Below, one piece after another: positions 46,900 to 58,209 of a stretch of 64,000 nt of DNA. Every line of letters starts with the position of its first letter. Position 1 is the first letter of the stretch. This DNA comes from Carcharhinus amblyrhynchos (taxonomy: Eukaryota): positions 39,556,001 to 39,620,000 of the forward strand of contig OZ336890.1 of the NCBI GenBank assembly GCA_965287045.1, in the 5' to 3' direction. A model generated the notes under the pieces. That model saw only the letters and a list, made by a program, of their open reading frames with translations, ran no database searches and was not told where the DNA came from. The position numbers and the translations under genes are program-made.

Positions 46900-47690
46900 G
46901 CAGATTCTGAATTTGTGTACCGTGCACCAAGGTCTAGGTCATTAATATACATCAGGAGAAGCAAGCATCCCAGCACTGACCCTTGAAGAGCTCCAGTACA
47001 AACCTTCCTCCAGCCCAAAATAAAAATCCATCAGCCACTACTTGTTGTTTCCTGTCACTCAATCAATTTCATATTCATGTGATTGGATGGCATGGTGGCA
47101 GAGTGGTTAGCACTGCAGCCTCACAACACTAAGGACCTGGGTTTGATTCCCAGCTTGGGTCACCGTCTGCATGGAGTTTGCACATTCTCCCAGTGTGTGC
47201 GTGGGTTTTCTCTGGGTGCTCTGGTTTCCTTCCACATTCTAAAGGTGCGCGGGTTAGGTTGATTGGCCATGCTAAATTGACCCTAGTGTCAGGGGGATTA
47301 GCAGGGTAAATATGTGGGGTTACGGGAAGAGGGCCTGAGTGGGATTGTGGTCAGTGCAGAATCGATGGGCCGAATGGCACTGTCAGGATTCTATGATGCT
47401 TCATTCGCTTTTATCCCATGAGCTAAAAGTTTGCCCACAATTCCATTACGCGGAACTTTATCAAATGTTTTCTGGAAGTTTGTGTATACTACATCAACAG
47501 CACCATCTTTACCAACTCTCTCCGTCAACTTCTCAAGAAACTCAAGCAACTTGGGCAAACATAATTTTCCCTTCAGAAATCCATGTTGGCTCTCCTTAAT
47601 TAACCTGCATTTGCCCATAAGAGTGTTAATTTTGTCCTGAATGATTCTTTCTCCATGTGTTCCTATCACCAGGGTTAAACTGACTGCTCT
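46900..47690 (-). mobile_element. CR1 RT fragment with an HE1 SINE inserted at about 47085-47396
   Basis: ESQHGFLKGKLCL.KLLEF..VDVVYTNFQKTFDKVP and QGSVLG.LL.LMYINDLD. Confidence 0.8.
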
Positions 47691-49409
47691 GTGTCTTACT
47701 CCCTTGCAGCCTCTCAGTTATCTGATTCTTGATATCATGCATGTGTCACCCACCAACAACAACATGGTCTCATTAATATAACCATTAAGCCATTACTCCA
47801 AATTTTCACAAATCTGGAGCACCACTACGCACTGGTTTTATGAAACGTGAGCAGCTTTTTAAAAGGCCACTTGTTCCACGACATCAAACAGAGTGGATCC
47901 GGTGTCAGATCAGCATCTGCTGCTGACTCTTGATGCCATGTATGCCTACCTTGCAAATTACCAGTGCACATTCATACCACTTGCATTAGTGGTCTCACTA
48001 AGTTGGCATCAAACGCAGGCAGCAGTGGTACTGATGGCTGCAGGATTTTGTTACTAAAGTGGCATCTTCAGCAATGAAAATTCACAGTGCAGAAGGAAGT
48101 CCATTGACTGTGTTCTGACTCCACATCTAACCCGGGCCCACACACCCCACCCACTCAATCCCCGTAACCCCTAATCCACTTTAGCCACACAACCTACTGG
48201 CAACACAGAGTTTGATCCTGCGGCTGACAAATTGATTAGGTTATGGTCTGCTTTAATGTCAAGGTTTTAAGTGTGTCGTAAGTAACACTGCAAAAAATTG
48301 ACTGTGAAAATTCCTGAGTCACCATATTCTGGCACCTGTTCGGGTAAACTGAGGGAGAATTTAGCATGGCCAATACACCAGCATATCTTTTGGACAGTGG
48401 TTAGAAACCAGAGCACCCGGAAAAACCGACGCAGACACAGGGAGAACATGCAAACACCACACAGATAGTGAGCCAAGCTGGGAATCGAACCCGGGTCCCT
48501 GACGCTGTGAGGCAGCAGTGCTAACCCACTGTGCCATTTCACAATGGACTATGACGACAGCAGAGTCGCTTAAAGTGGCTAGGTGCCCTTTGAACTTTAT
48601 CATCTGTTTCTACTACAAGTAGTAGGAAGGAAATACAAAAGAGAAATACATTCTTAATTTTCTGCTACCTATAAGCTCTCAAATGTCAGATGTGTGTATC
48701 TTTGCCTGAAGGTGATTCAGTCTCTGACTGAGGTTCTGTGGAATCTTTTTTCAATAACTTTCACAATCCCCAGAAGCAGAGAACATAGAATAATGATTAT
48801 AATGTTCGCAAGTGTCGTTGTCAAGGTGTGGAAATTAATTGCTGAACGCTGCATGGGTCGACTTCTCTGAAGGGAAAGAGCTAATATTACAACTCTAAGA
48901 TACTGCAATTATTGATACAGCAGCTGGGATACAGGTAGGGATCTGAAGCAATTGAATTCCCTCAATGATTTGGGGTCTTGGACGGAGTCATGCAGAGAAA
49001 CAAGATGGATGACAGACTGGATGTTACAATTGACTTCAGAGCCTCTGGGTGAGTGATGGGCAATGTATTCCCCATTCCTGACCTCTATACAATGACACTA
49101 AGCACAGCCACTAGTGGGTCTCTTTATCACTAAGATTGAGACCATTCATTTAGCTGCTTCTGCAATTTTGCTCCTTTCCCTTGGCCCACATTTCTCCAAA
49201 GGTTCCTCCTGTCCTAGCCCCAAGAACTTGCAACTTCCTCCAATTTCTCTCCCACGTCCTTTCATTCCCTTTCCAAGCGCATCTTGCCTACGAGACACAG
49301 GTGAGCTTCTGAACACACATCAGTGCCATCACAGACTGCTTACTTCCACATCTGTAACATTCTGCCTAAAATCCCACCTGCCGAAACACTACTGGCTTCC
49401 TTTGCTGGT

Positions 49410-50600
49410 TACACCTCACCTTGGCCTTTTCAGCATTCTTCCAGACAACCTCCAATCTTCCACTCAACCTGAGCTCATCCAAAACTCCATTGCATATATC
49501 CGACTCACTCAAATCTCATTCAGCGTCACGCTTGTAGTTGTTGATGTCTATTCATTTCTGGCCTGCCCTAGATTTTAAAATCCTCATCCTTTATTTCAAA
49601 TCCCTCAAATCTTCCTGCCCTACAACTCTACAACCATCTGAGATTTCTGTGCCTCCTGGGGAGGTGGTGGTATTGTCACTGGACAATCGATCTAGAGACC
49701 CAAGGTTATGCACTGAGGACCCAGCTTTGAATCCCACCACGGCAGTGGTGACATTTGAATTCAATAAAAATCTGGAATTATAAATTTAATAATGATAGTG
49801 AAATAATTTTTGATTTTCATTTTAAAAAATCTGGTTCACTAATGTTCTTTAAGGAAGGAAATCTGCCGTTCTTATTTGGTCTGGCCTACATATGACTCCA
49901 AACCCACAGCAATGTCGTTGACTCTGAAATGGCCCAACAAGCCATTCAGTTCAAGAGTAATTAGGATGGGCAATAAATGCTACCACTTGCCAGTGATGCT
50001 CACATCCCAAAAAGTAGTGACTTAGCACAGTGGTTAACACTAATGCCTCACATTCGATTTCCAGCTCGGGTTTCTATGTAGAGTCTGCATGTTCACCTCG
50101 TGTCAGCCTGGGTTTCCAGCGGGTGCTCCAGTTTCCTCCCACAGTCCAAAAGACATGCTGATTAGGTGCACTGGCCATGCTAAATTCTCCCTCTGTATAT
50201 CTGAACAGACACTGGTGCAGGGGGAACGAGGGGATTTTCACAGTAACTTCATTGCAGTGTTAATGTCAGGCTACTTGTGACACTCATAAATAAACTATAA
50301 TCTAAACTATAAAAAAAACTTCTAGTCTTCTGTTCATTCCTGGATTTCACCAACTGGCGACTGTGCCTTCAGCTGCCTCCATTGTAAACACTGGAATATC
50401 GTCTCTAAAGATCCCTGCCTCTGTACTTCTCTCTTCTTCAAGACTTCCTTAAAACTTAACTTGTTTTTACCAAGCTTCTGGTCATCTGTTTCATATCTTC
50501 TCATATGTCTCAGAATCAGATGATGTTTGATAAAGTTTCTGAGAAGTACTTGGGATGTTTTATACTGGTAAAGGTGTTGTACAAATCTAGTTCATAACTG
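49410..50600 (+). mobile_element. L2-like LINE 3' fragment split by two SINEs (about 49658-50010 and 50022-50305)
   Basis: PELIQNS..., LDFKILILYFKSL, then a GDCAFSC..WN-like segment and a ttcaagacttccttaaaac 3' region. Confidence 0.6.
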
Positions 50601-52260
50601 CTGTTGTTATTGAAAGAGTTGGATTCAGCTACAATATCAAATCCAATTGAATTCCTTGCTATTAAGGCTCATACATGAACAGCAGTTAAGATATCACAGA
50701 ATCCTACAGTGCAGTGCAGGCAATTGAGTCTGCACCAATGCATGAAAGGCCCTGATCTCCCATCTAATCTCACTTGTCAGCAGTTTGCCCATAGCCTTCA
50801 ATGTTATGGTATGCCAAGTACTCATCCAGGTACTTTTTAAAGGATGTGAGGCATCCCGCCTCCACCACCATCCCAGGCAGTGCATTCCAGATCCTCACTA
50901 CCCTCTGAGTGAAAATGTTTCTCCTCAAATCCCCCTCTAAACCTCCCACCTGCTCACTTTTTACTTTTAAGCTAGTGGATGGTTGCTGCTATTCTGTGGG
51001 ACTGTGTCTCAACAAGAGTTGGATGACTTTTGAGGAGTTCAGTACATTGAGAAAACAAACAGATGGGAAGGGAGAGGAAGCAACATTCATCATGGTTGCT
51101 CCATGATTTAGTTTATCTCATGAATTAAGTTCAATGTAAGTTACTCAAGAAAAAGAGACCCTTGATCCATTTGACTTTAATTTAGGAGCTGCTACAGCAG
51201 AGAGCAGTGCCAAGCTTTGCTTTGAACTTTGGCCCATACCAATCCCTTATGGACCTACCAAATAGTTGAATGGATCTATCATGTACTAAGCTGATCTTTC
51301 TCTAGCTGTGACTGTGACACTGCACTCTCCTTTCCTTCTCCCCAATGTACTCCATGAATGTTATGTTTTGTCTATGTAGCACGCAAGAAACAATACTTTT
51401 CACTGTATCCCAATACATGCAACAATAATAAATCAAATAAGGATCTCATGCCTGAATGGACATTTCCCTGTTTAGATGGGAGACCAGGTCGTTAAGAGTA
51501 CAAATGGAATTACGCTGAGTGTAATTTCCAACGTGCACACAGCTTTGTATATTAACTATGTCTAATGTATGTATGCAAAATTGAATCATTAACATATAGA
51601 TTTTTCCATTAAAACCGCGAACTGTGCATTTGCAAAACCTGAAAATTATTTGGACTGCTGGAAGAATATATCGACAAATTATGCTAATGGGTCAAACTTG
51701 ACTATTTATGTTAATAGCCTAGCAATATCACAATTAAGAAGCAGACAATTTTTTTTAAAACTTAATTTAGGAATAGCAGGAGCTACGTTCGTGAAACTTT
51801 AGTGGCCTCATTGGAACGCTCATAAGGGAAGCATTTTGCCAATTAGACAACATTTGCATTTCAAAATTACTTGTCTCCTGCAATTCACAACATATCTTAA
51901 AGCGGTGCGAGGTAGGGGAGACTACCTTGATGATCCAGTGTTCATTAGAGGAAAGAAAGCGCATTTCAATATGACGAAACTCAAATATTTACATTTCTGA
52001 TATCGTTACATCAAGCAGGGAGATTCCCATAGATTATAAAGCTTGCATTTCTCGCTCTCCTCCTACTAGCACTGGATTTCTTTCAGGAGTTTTTGTTGTT
52101 CTTCTCAAGAAATTGCTTACAGGGTTGGTGGGGGTGGGGAGGTATATGGAATCGGAGAGTGGGGGGCATGAATAAGGCGCATCGTGTCAGTGCTGTCCCA
52201 GTTTTTGAGAGTGTGCAGCAGTTTTGACAGACCAGCCAATCTGCTCCTGCCTGTCATTTT

Positions 52261-52580
52261 GTGGCACGGTAGCACAGTGGTTAGTGTTGCTGCCTCACAG
52301 CGCCAGGGACCTGGGTTCGATTCCCAGCGTGGGTCACCGTCTGTGTAGAGTTTGCACATTCTCCCCCTCTCTGTGTGGGTTTCCACTGGGTGCTCCTGTT
52401 TCCCCTCACACTTCAAAGATGTGTGGGTTAAGTAGATCGGCCATGCTAAACTGCCCCTTTGTGTCAGGGGGACTAGCTAGGGTAAATACATGGGGTTATG
52501 GGGATAGGGTTTGGGTGGGATTGTGGTCGGTGCAGACTCGATGAACCGAATGGGCTCCTTCTGCACTGGAGGATTCTATG
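52261..52580 (+). mobile_element. HE1-type V-SINE. Further copies at about 38441-38597 (+), 47085-47396 (+), 58672-58935 (-), 60770-60990 (-) and 63546-63863 (+).
   Basis: Well-preserved full unit. Confidence 0.88.
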
Positions 52581-53003
52581 GATTGTATAATTTTCATTTG
52601 ACACGTTAATCATAACAAGTCAGAGAAATATTTGATCCCAGGTGTCAGCATTCTGATCCGATTCAAAATGGCGGAACAGCAGCCGATTCATTATTTTACA
52701 CAGGAAAGAATTGGTCAACTTTGACGTTTCTCGTTATGAAATGCCGGCAATACAATCGTTATCTCAGGCTGCTGGATTGGACGTGTACTTGAAATGGAAA
52801 GTGTTACACAGTTGTGGGGAAAAGAACAGGGAAGTGAACCATTGGATAGCTCCTTCAAACAGATAATACAGCCATGGCGGGCAAAAAAAACTTCATCTGT
52901 ACTGTAAGTCAAATAAATCAACGAGCAGATACACCCTTTGGGCAATGAAAACGTGTTGTGCCATACAGTGTTTCGATAAATAATGAAGTTAGATTTGGTT
53001 TAC

Positions 53004-53208
53004 CTTCAATTCCTCCAAGTCTGGCCTCTCCATACTGACTACAGCAGCCAGGAGTTGGTCCTCTAAGCCGTCTCTGGTAACAGTGAAGTTAATGAGAGTA
53101 CACTGGGCTTGCATCTCAGGCTGGTAGTGAGGATTTGCTAGTTTAGTGTGGAGGATGAGACGGAAGCTGGAGTTGTATTCACATTCCTTGTCACCAATTT
53201 TAATGCAC
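53004..53208 (-). CDS. dnah9: DNAH9-like coding exon 3 of 7 (205 nt, phase 2 to 0)
   Basis: Acceptor ttttctcaccag| and donor |gtaaac. Translates [68 protein letters not shown] (NPHY and INFTVT..GLEDQLL motifs). [12 protein letters not shown] matches DNAH9 as I recall it. Confidence 0.95.
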
Positions 53209-53574
53209 CTGGTGAGAAAAGGCCCCTCGTTAGCCTCAATCACAAAGAACATTGATACAATTCAAACTCCTATCACTCTGATCATTGCCAGTGAGATAAG
53301 AAGCTGGTACTTCAGTCCAGGATTGGGGACCTGACACACGGGACAGTCTGAGTCCTGACTCCAAGCTGTGCCAGTGCCAGTGATGCAATGTGATTTTAAA
53401 TGCAAACAACCCCTAATTGATCCTGGGGTGAGTTCGATGCCAGGGGCATACTGGGTGGTTATGGGGTAAGGACCTCTTGATATGGTGCATTGGCTCCATG
53501 GGGCTGGCTAGAAAGACCAAGGGTGCAATGTAGCAGCCCCATTAGCTATGGGCGCAAATCCTATAATGGCTGCT

Positions 53575-54140
53575 ATTTTGGCATTGTGGTGAGTGGGTGG
53601 AGGGGAGCGGGGTGCCCCAGTGTTGGTGTTATAGTGGGTGGCTGGTTGGGGGAGTGCCCTGATGTTAACATTGTGGTGTGTGTGTGTGTGTGTGGAGGGA
53701 GAGGAGGGGAAGAGTTAGGAATGTTGCTCTGGTGTTGGTGTTATAGTGGATGGAGGGGGTGGTGCTCTGATGATGGCATTGTGGTGGGTAAGGGGAGTAA
53801 GAGTGGTGGGTGTCTCAATCTAAGTATTGTGGTGGGTTGGGGGGGAGGGGGAGTCACCCCAGTATTGGTGTTATGGTGGATGGGGGGTGGGGGGGGGTGC
53901 CCTGATGATGGCATTGTGGTAGATGTCTCGATCTAAGTGTTGTGGTGGGTTGGGGGTTGCCCTAGTATTGGTGCTATGGTGGGGGGGAGGGGGAGGGGGA
54001 GGGGAGGTTGTGCCCCGATGATGGCATTGTGGTGGGTAAGGGGGATGAGGGTAGTGGGTGTCTTGATCTAAGTGTTGTGGTGGGTTGGGTGGTGTCCCGA
54101 TGTCATGGTGTGATGGTTGGGGGGTGGGGGGTGGGGGGTA
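53575..54140 (+). repeat. G-rich degenerate minisatellite with a (GT)n tract
   Basis: Recurring tgatgatggcattgtggt / atctaagt.ttgtggtgggttggg / agtattggtg units in three about 110-135 bp higher-order copies starting near 53761, 53897 and 54010. Confidence 0.8.
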
Positions 54141-54983
54141 GGGTCTGTTGAGGGGGTAGGTGCTTAAATGTAACCTTGAGATTGGGGCTCCCTTTAAAAC
54201 TGGCTTTGCCAGCGTGTTCAGCCATCCACCCTCGGCTGGCTCTACGATACTCGCCAGAATTTTGAAATAGCGTAGAGTGCTGTTTAATTGGGTGAGCAAA
54301 GGTGTCTGTGAAGCGAGTGAGATTCACACAGCATCTCCTGCCTGATCCAGCACTCTGTGCAATTGTGGGAAGATCCCAGCCCAGCTTTTTCACTGATGAG
54401 CTTTTGCCTGTTGAGATCATTCGCAAAGTCAAGCTTCAGATGTTAAATCCTTTTTGATATGTATTAAAAGAAAACATGGTTCACAAAGAATCAGAGTTCA
54501 AGAAGTATTAACGCCATGACTGAGAGCTAAACTTGCACCAAAACATTCACGTCAACATCTTTTCTAGAAGGTAGGGGAGTCTAAAACTAAAGGGCATACG
54601 TTTAAGGTGAGAGGGGAGAGATACAAAAGGGTCCAGAGGGGCAGTGTTTTCACTCAGTGAGTGGCGAGTGTCTGAAAAGAACTGCCAGAGGCAGCACCAG
54701 AGGCGGGTACAATTTTGTCTTTTAAAATCATCTAGACAGTCTAGACAGTTACATGGGTACGATGGGTATAGAGGGATATGGACCAAATGCAGGCAATTGG
54801 CTCTAGCTTAGTGGTAAAAACTGAGCAGGATGGACAAGTTGGGCTGAAGGGCCTGTTTCCATGCTGTAAACCTCTACGACTCTATGTGCGCCTTTACCAC
54901 AAAGGCTTCGGAATGAGACTTCAGATGTTCCTCAGAAATGGCAAAGAACAATGCATGTTAAGTCTGTCCCCTCATGTTCTTAC

Positions 54984-55106
54984 CTGCCCTTTTTAATGGT
55001 TTCGCGACCCAATAAAGGTCCCAACACAGGATCCACAGATTCTTCTAGGTTTTCAATTAGTACAGCTTCACCAGCACCAAGAGCATGTTCCATGATATCC
55101 AAATAC
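54984..55106 (-). CDS. dnah9: DNAH9-like coding exon 2 of 7 (123 nt, phase 2 to 2)
   Basis: Acceptor gattttaag| and donor |gtaaga. Translates [40 protein letters not shown](R). Phase matches both neighbours. Not in the ORF track. Confidence 0.93.
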
Positions 55107-55919
55107 CTTAAAATCAAATCAGAAACGCACTAAAATGAATCCTACTCCTCTTCATTTACCATAATTCAATGATTCATTATCACTCTACCTCACACAGACT
55201 TATTGTGCCTTAGTTATTGTTTGAAATAGATAACTGTCTTTGCCTGGAGGGCTTTCAAAAATCTAACCATCTTAACGTTATCTTCTGCTCAATGAATCTC
55301 TCACATTAATTCAAGCTGAGTGGTTTAAAGCAGTATTACTCACAAAAAAAGAACTGTGCCGGACGTTCGATGTATCCTCCGATTTTATTTGTGAAACACA
55401 TTACAAAATTAATCTGAGAATGATAATACGCCCAAAAGCTGCCCAGAGTCCGAAGAGTTAGAATCTGGTTGTTCAGCGAAATGCACACGATTGAACATAT
55501 ACACCCTCCACTTCTATTGAGTGCGAGATGTTCCAGTTCATAGCATTTTATTATTCATTATATTATATCAGAATTATTACTTAAGTGTCAAATTATGGAG
55601 TATTTATATCAATGCCTGCAGGCACGTGAGTAACTCACAAGGCAAATAATTAACTACTGCGTTTAGAAATTGGTAAGAAATATCTATTTCTTACTTTATT
55701 AATCTCTGCCTTTAAAATGTTAAGGTGTGGAGATGCCGGCGTTGGACTGGGATAAACACAGTAAGAAGTCTCACAACACCAGGTTAAAGTCCAACAGGTT
55801 TATTTGGTAGCAAAAGCCAGTGGCTTTCAGCATTCCAACCATTATTTCGCTTTCTAACCGTTGTTTTGTAAATTGAGTTTGTGTCTTTATACACCATGCT
55901 TGTGAACAGAACTCCCACT

Positions 55920-55954
55920 CACCTGATGAAGGAGCAGCGTTCTGAAAGCTAGTG
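55920..55954 (+). ncRNA. Minimal type I hammerhead ribozyme motif (PLE-associated, dimer type)
   Basis: CAC-CUGAUGA-A-GGAGC(AGC)GUUCU-GAAAGCU-A-GUG. Core boxes intact, stem II with 2 G-U pairs, palindromic AGCU in place of stem III, stem I CAC/GUG, predicted cleavage after CUA. Confidence 0.65.
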
Positions 55955-56087
55955 GCTTTTGCTACCAAATAAACCTGTTGGACTTTAACCTGGTGTTGTG
56001 AGACTTCTTACTGTATTTAAATGTTCACACAGTAAGAAGTCTCACAACACCAGGTTAAAGTCCAACCAATTTATTTGATAGTAATCC

Positions 56088-56122
56088 CACTAGCTTTCGG
56101 GGCTTTTCCCCTTTGTCAGGTG
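56088..56122 (-). ncRNA. Degenerate minimal hammerhead motif (core G8 to A)
   Basis: Minus strand CAC-CUGACAA-A-GGGG(AAAAG)CCCC-GAAAGCU-A-GUG. Stem II has a different sequence but is fully paired. Confidence 0.5.
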
Positions 56123-56424
56123 AGTGGGAGTTCCAATCACAAACAGGGCATATAAAGACACAAACTCAATTTACAGAGTAATGATTAAAATGTGAGTCTT
56201 TACAGCTAATCAAGTCCTGTACCTGTACATCATGACTTTAAATGTTAATGCACTGACCATCCAAAGTTTTTTGCAGCCGAGAATTCCAGATTTCCATAGT
56301 TCTTTGTGTGAAAAAAAATGCTTCCTGACTTAATTTCTGAATGGTCTAACTCTAATTATTAGACTATTACACCATGGCCTGGATTACCCAACAGAGAACA
56401 CTGTTCGCATCAACTGAAAAGATA

Positions 56425-56645
56425 AAAATGACCTTAGGCTGCTGTCCCCTTTGAGGGGGTGGGGGGAAGAGAATGGACTAGTGGTGATTTGAACCTGATG
56501 GTCACTACACCTTAGGCGAGGGGCAAGGTTGAAAAGGGAGGCCTGCATAAATAACCTCAGCTGGTACGGGAATCAAACCATTGCTGCTGGTGTCGCTCTG
56601 CACCACTAATCAGCTGTCCAGCCAACTGAGCTAACTGACTCCCCT
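56425..56645 (-). mobile_element. Third tRNA-derived SINE family
   Basis: Minus strand ggggagtcagttagctcagttggctggacag...ggtttgattcccgtacc (A/B boxes) followed by a non-tRNA body. Confidence 0.6.
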
Positions 56646-56719
56646 TCAATTATATCCAATCTCTTTATCGTTTTAAGGCCCTTGATTAGAGCCCACCCCA
56701 ACCATCACTACTCGTGATA

Positions 56720-57490
56720 GTGAAATCGGAGAATACAGGAGATAAATGCATGACTCAAGAGTTGGTGCAGGAGGGAAGGTTTTAGATTCTTGGATTACTG
56801 GGGCCATTTATGGGGAAGGTGGGAGAGGTACAACTGGGACGGTCTAGATCTAGACCAGAACGGGACCAACGTCCCTGCAGGTGAGCTTGCTAGTGCTCTT
56901 GGGGGGAGTTCAAAGTAATTCAGTAGTGGTGCGAACTAGAGCATTAGTACAATAGAGGTGCAGTATACTTGAATTTCAAGGGAGTAAGCATGGCTGGATA
57001 GCCTCTAATGCTAGGAGTGTTATAGGTAAAATTGATAAGTTGAGGATGTTGATTGACACATGGATTGTGATATTGTTGCCATCACAGAAATGTGAGTGAG
57101 TGGCTGGATTGGCACCTCAGCATTTCAGTGTAGAGGATCATTGGGCAAGCATAGAGGAGGGTGTAAGGAAGAGGTGATACTGCATTATTAATTAAGGAGT
57201 CAGTTACTGCAGCGAGGAGGGATGATATCTTGGAACGGTCTTCAAAAGAGGTTTGTGGATAGAGCTTAGGAATAAAAAGAGGGTGACAGGCGGTCTAATG
57301 TACTGCCTGGGAGGACAGTAGAGGCAGGAAACTTCATAACTTTTAAAAAGTATATGGATGAGCACGTAAAGTGTTGTAACATTCAATGTTATGGGTCAAA
57401 TGTTGAAAAGTGGGATTAGTGTACATTCAGTGCGGTTTTGTTGATGCAGACTCGATGGGCTGATGAGCCTCGTCTGCACTGTATAACTCT
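56720..57490 (+). mobile_element. Internally deleted old CR1 (ORF1 end, ORF2 start and 3' end)
   Basis: WCRREGFRFLDYWGHLWGRWERYNWDGL, then NARSVIGKIDKL..DIVAITE, then a jump near 57290 to the CR1 3' end. Confidence 0.8.
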
Positions 57491-58087
57491 CCAACAGAAA
57501 CGGCAAAATAAACATGCAGAGTAGTGACAGAGTGGCTTCCGTATTCAATACCTTCAGTTTGTTCTTAGCTGGACTGATCAGTTAAGACATGCGCCACATG
57601 TCCCACCTTATCATGTAACAGGCGCAACACATGGTGGTTATTAATGATGATGCTTGAACAGTGTGTCGAAATGGCCTTCAGCTCCCACTCGAAGAAGGAT
57701 AGAGACACCACAAAGAGGGAAGGGATAAGGCTGTGATCAGTATCTACAACAGCATTTCTTCAAGTATCGTTGTGTCACTTGACAGTGCCATCAAAACGTA
57801 TCACAAAGGATAACTGATTGATTAAGTGGATTGTAGTACACGGATTTAAACAGGTGGGATGGCACAGCAAACACCCTATAGATAAATGATAGGGGAGCAA
57901 ATCAAATCCCTGTACACTTCAAAGCAGCTCAGCTAGAGAGCTTCTAACAACATCACCGCCTCCCTGCTTCCAGCTCAGGACAGCTGCATGACGATTAGTG
58001 GGTGGAGGAATTAAAATTTTAATGGTGATTTTGGCTCGCTGCCAAACGCAAGTGATCAAGATGAATCTGAAACTGCACTGCCAGTTT

Positions 58088-58209
58088 AGCCCGATGAAGG
58101 AGCAGCGCTCCGAAAGCTCGTGATTCCAAATAAACCTGTTGGACTTCAACCTGGCGTTGAGAGACTTCTTATTGTGCCCACCCCAGCCCAATGCTGGCAT
58201 CTCCACACC
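58088..58209 (+). mobile_element. Penelope-like pLTR fragment with a mutated hammerhead (CCGAUGA core)
   Basis: ccgatgaaggagcagcgctccgaaagctcgtg followed by the same terminal arm as 55942-56014. Confidence 0.7.

Larger units (their letters stand above)
55723..56237. mobile_element. Penelope-like pLTR cluster with three alternately inverted arms
   Basis: 73-bp inverted repeat 55758-55830 / 55942-56014 (2 mismatches) and a third arm from 56029 in opposite orientation. Same terminal sequence as 1269-1429. Confidence 0.8.

Noticed and set aside
53490-54432. Gly/Val/Trp-rich and Pro-rich ORFs
   Set aside because: Products of the G-rich minisatellite.
55758-56070. Repeated ~35-70 bp units as a CRISPR-like array or class II TIR element
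   Set aside because: The units alternate in orientation, carry hammerhead motifs and are linked to a PLE RT fragment at 1301-1360. Eukaryotic context, no cas genes.
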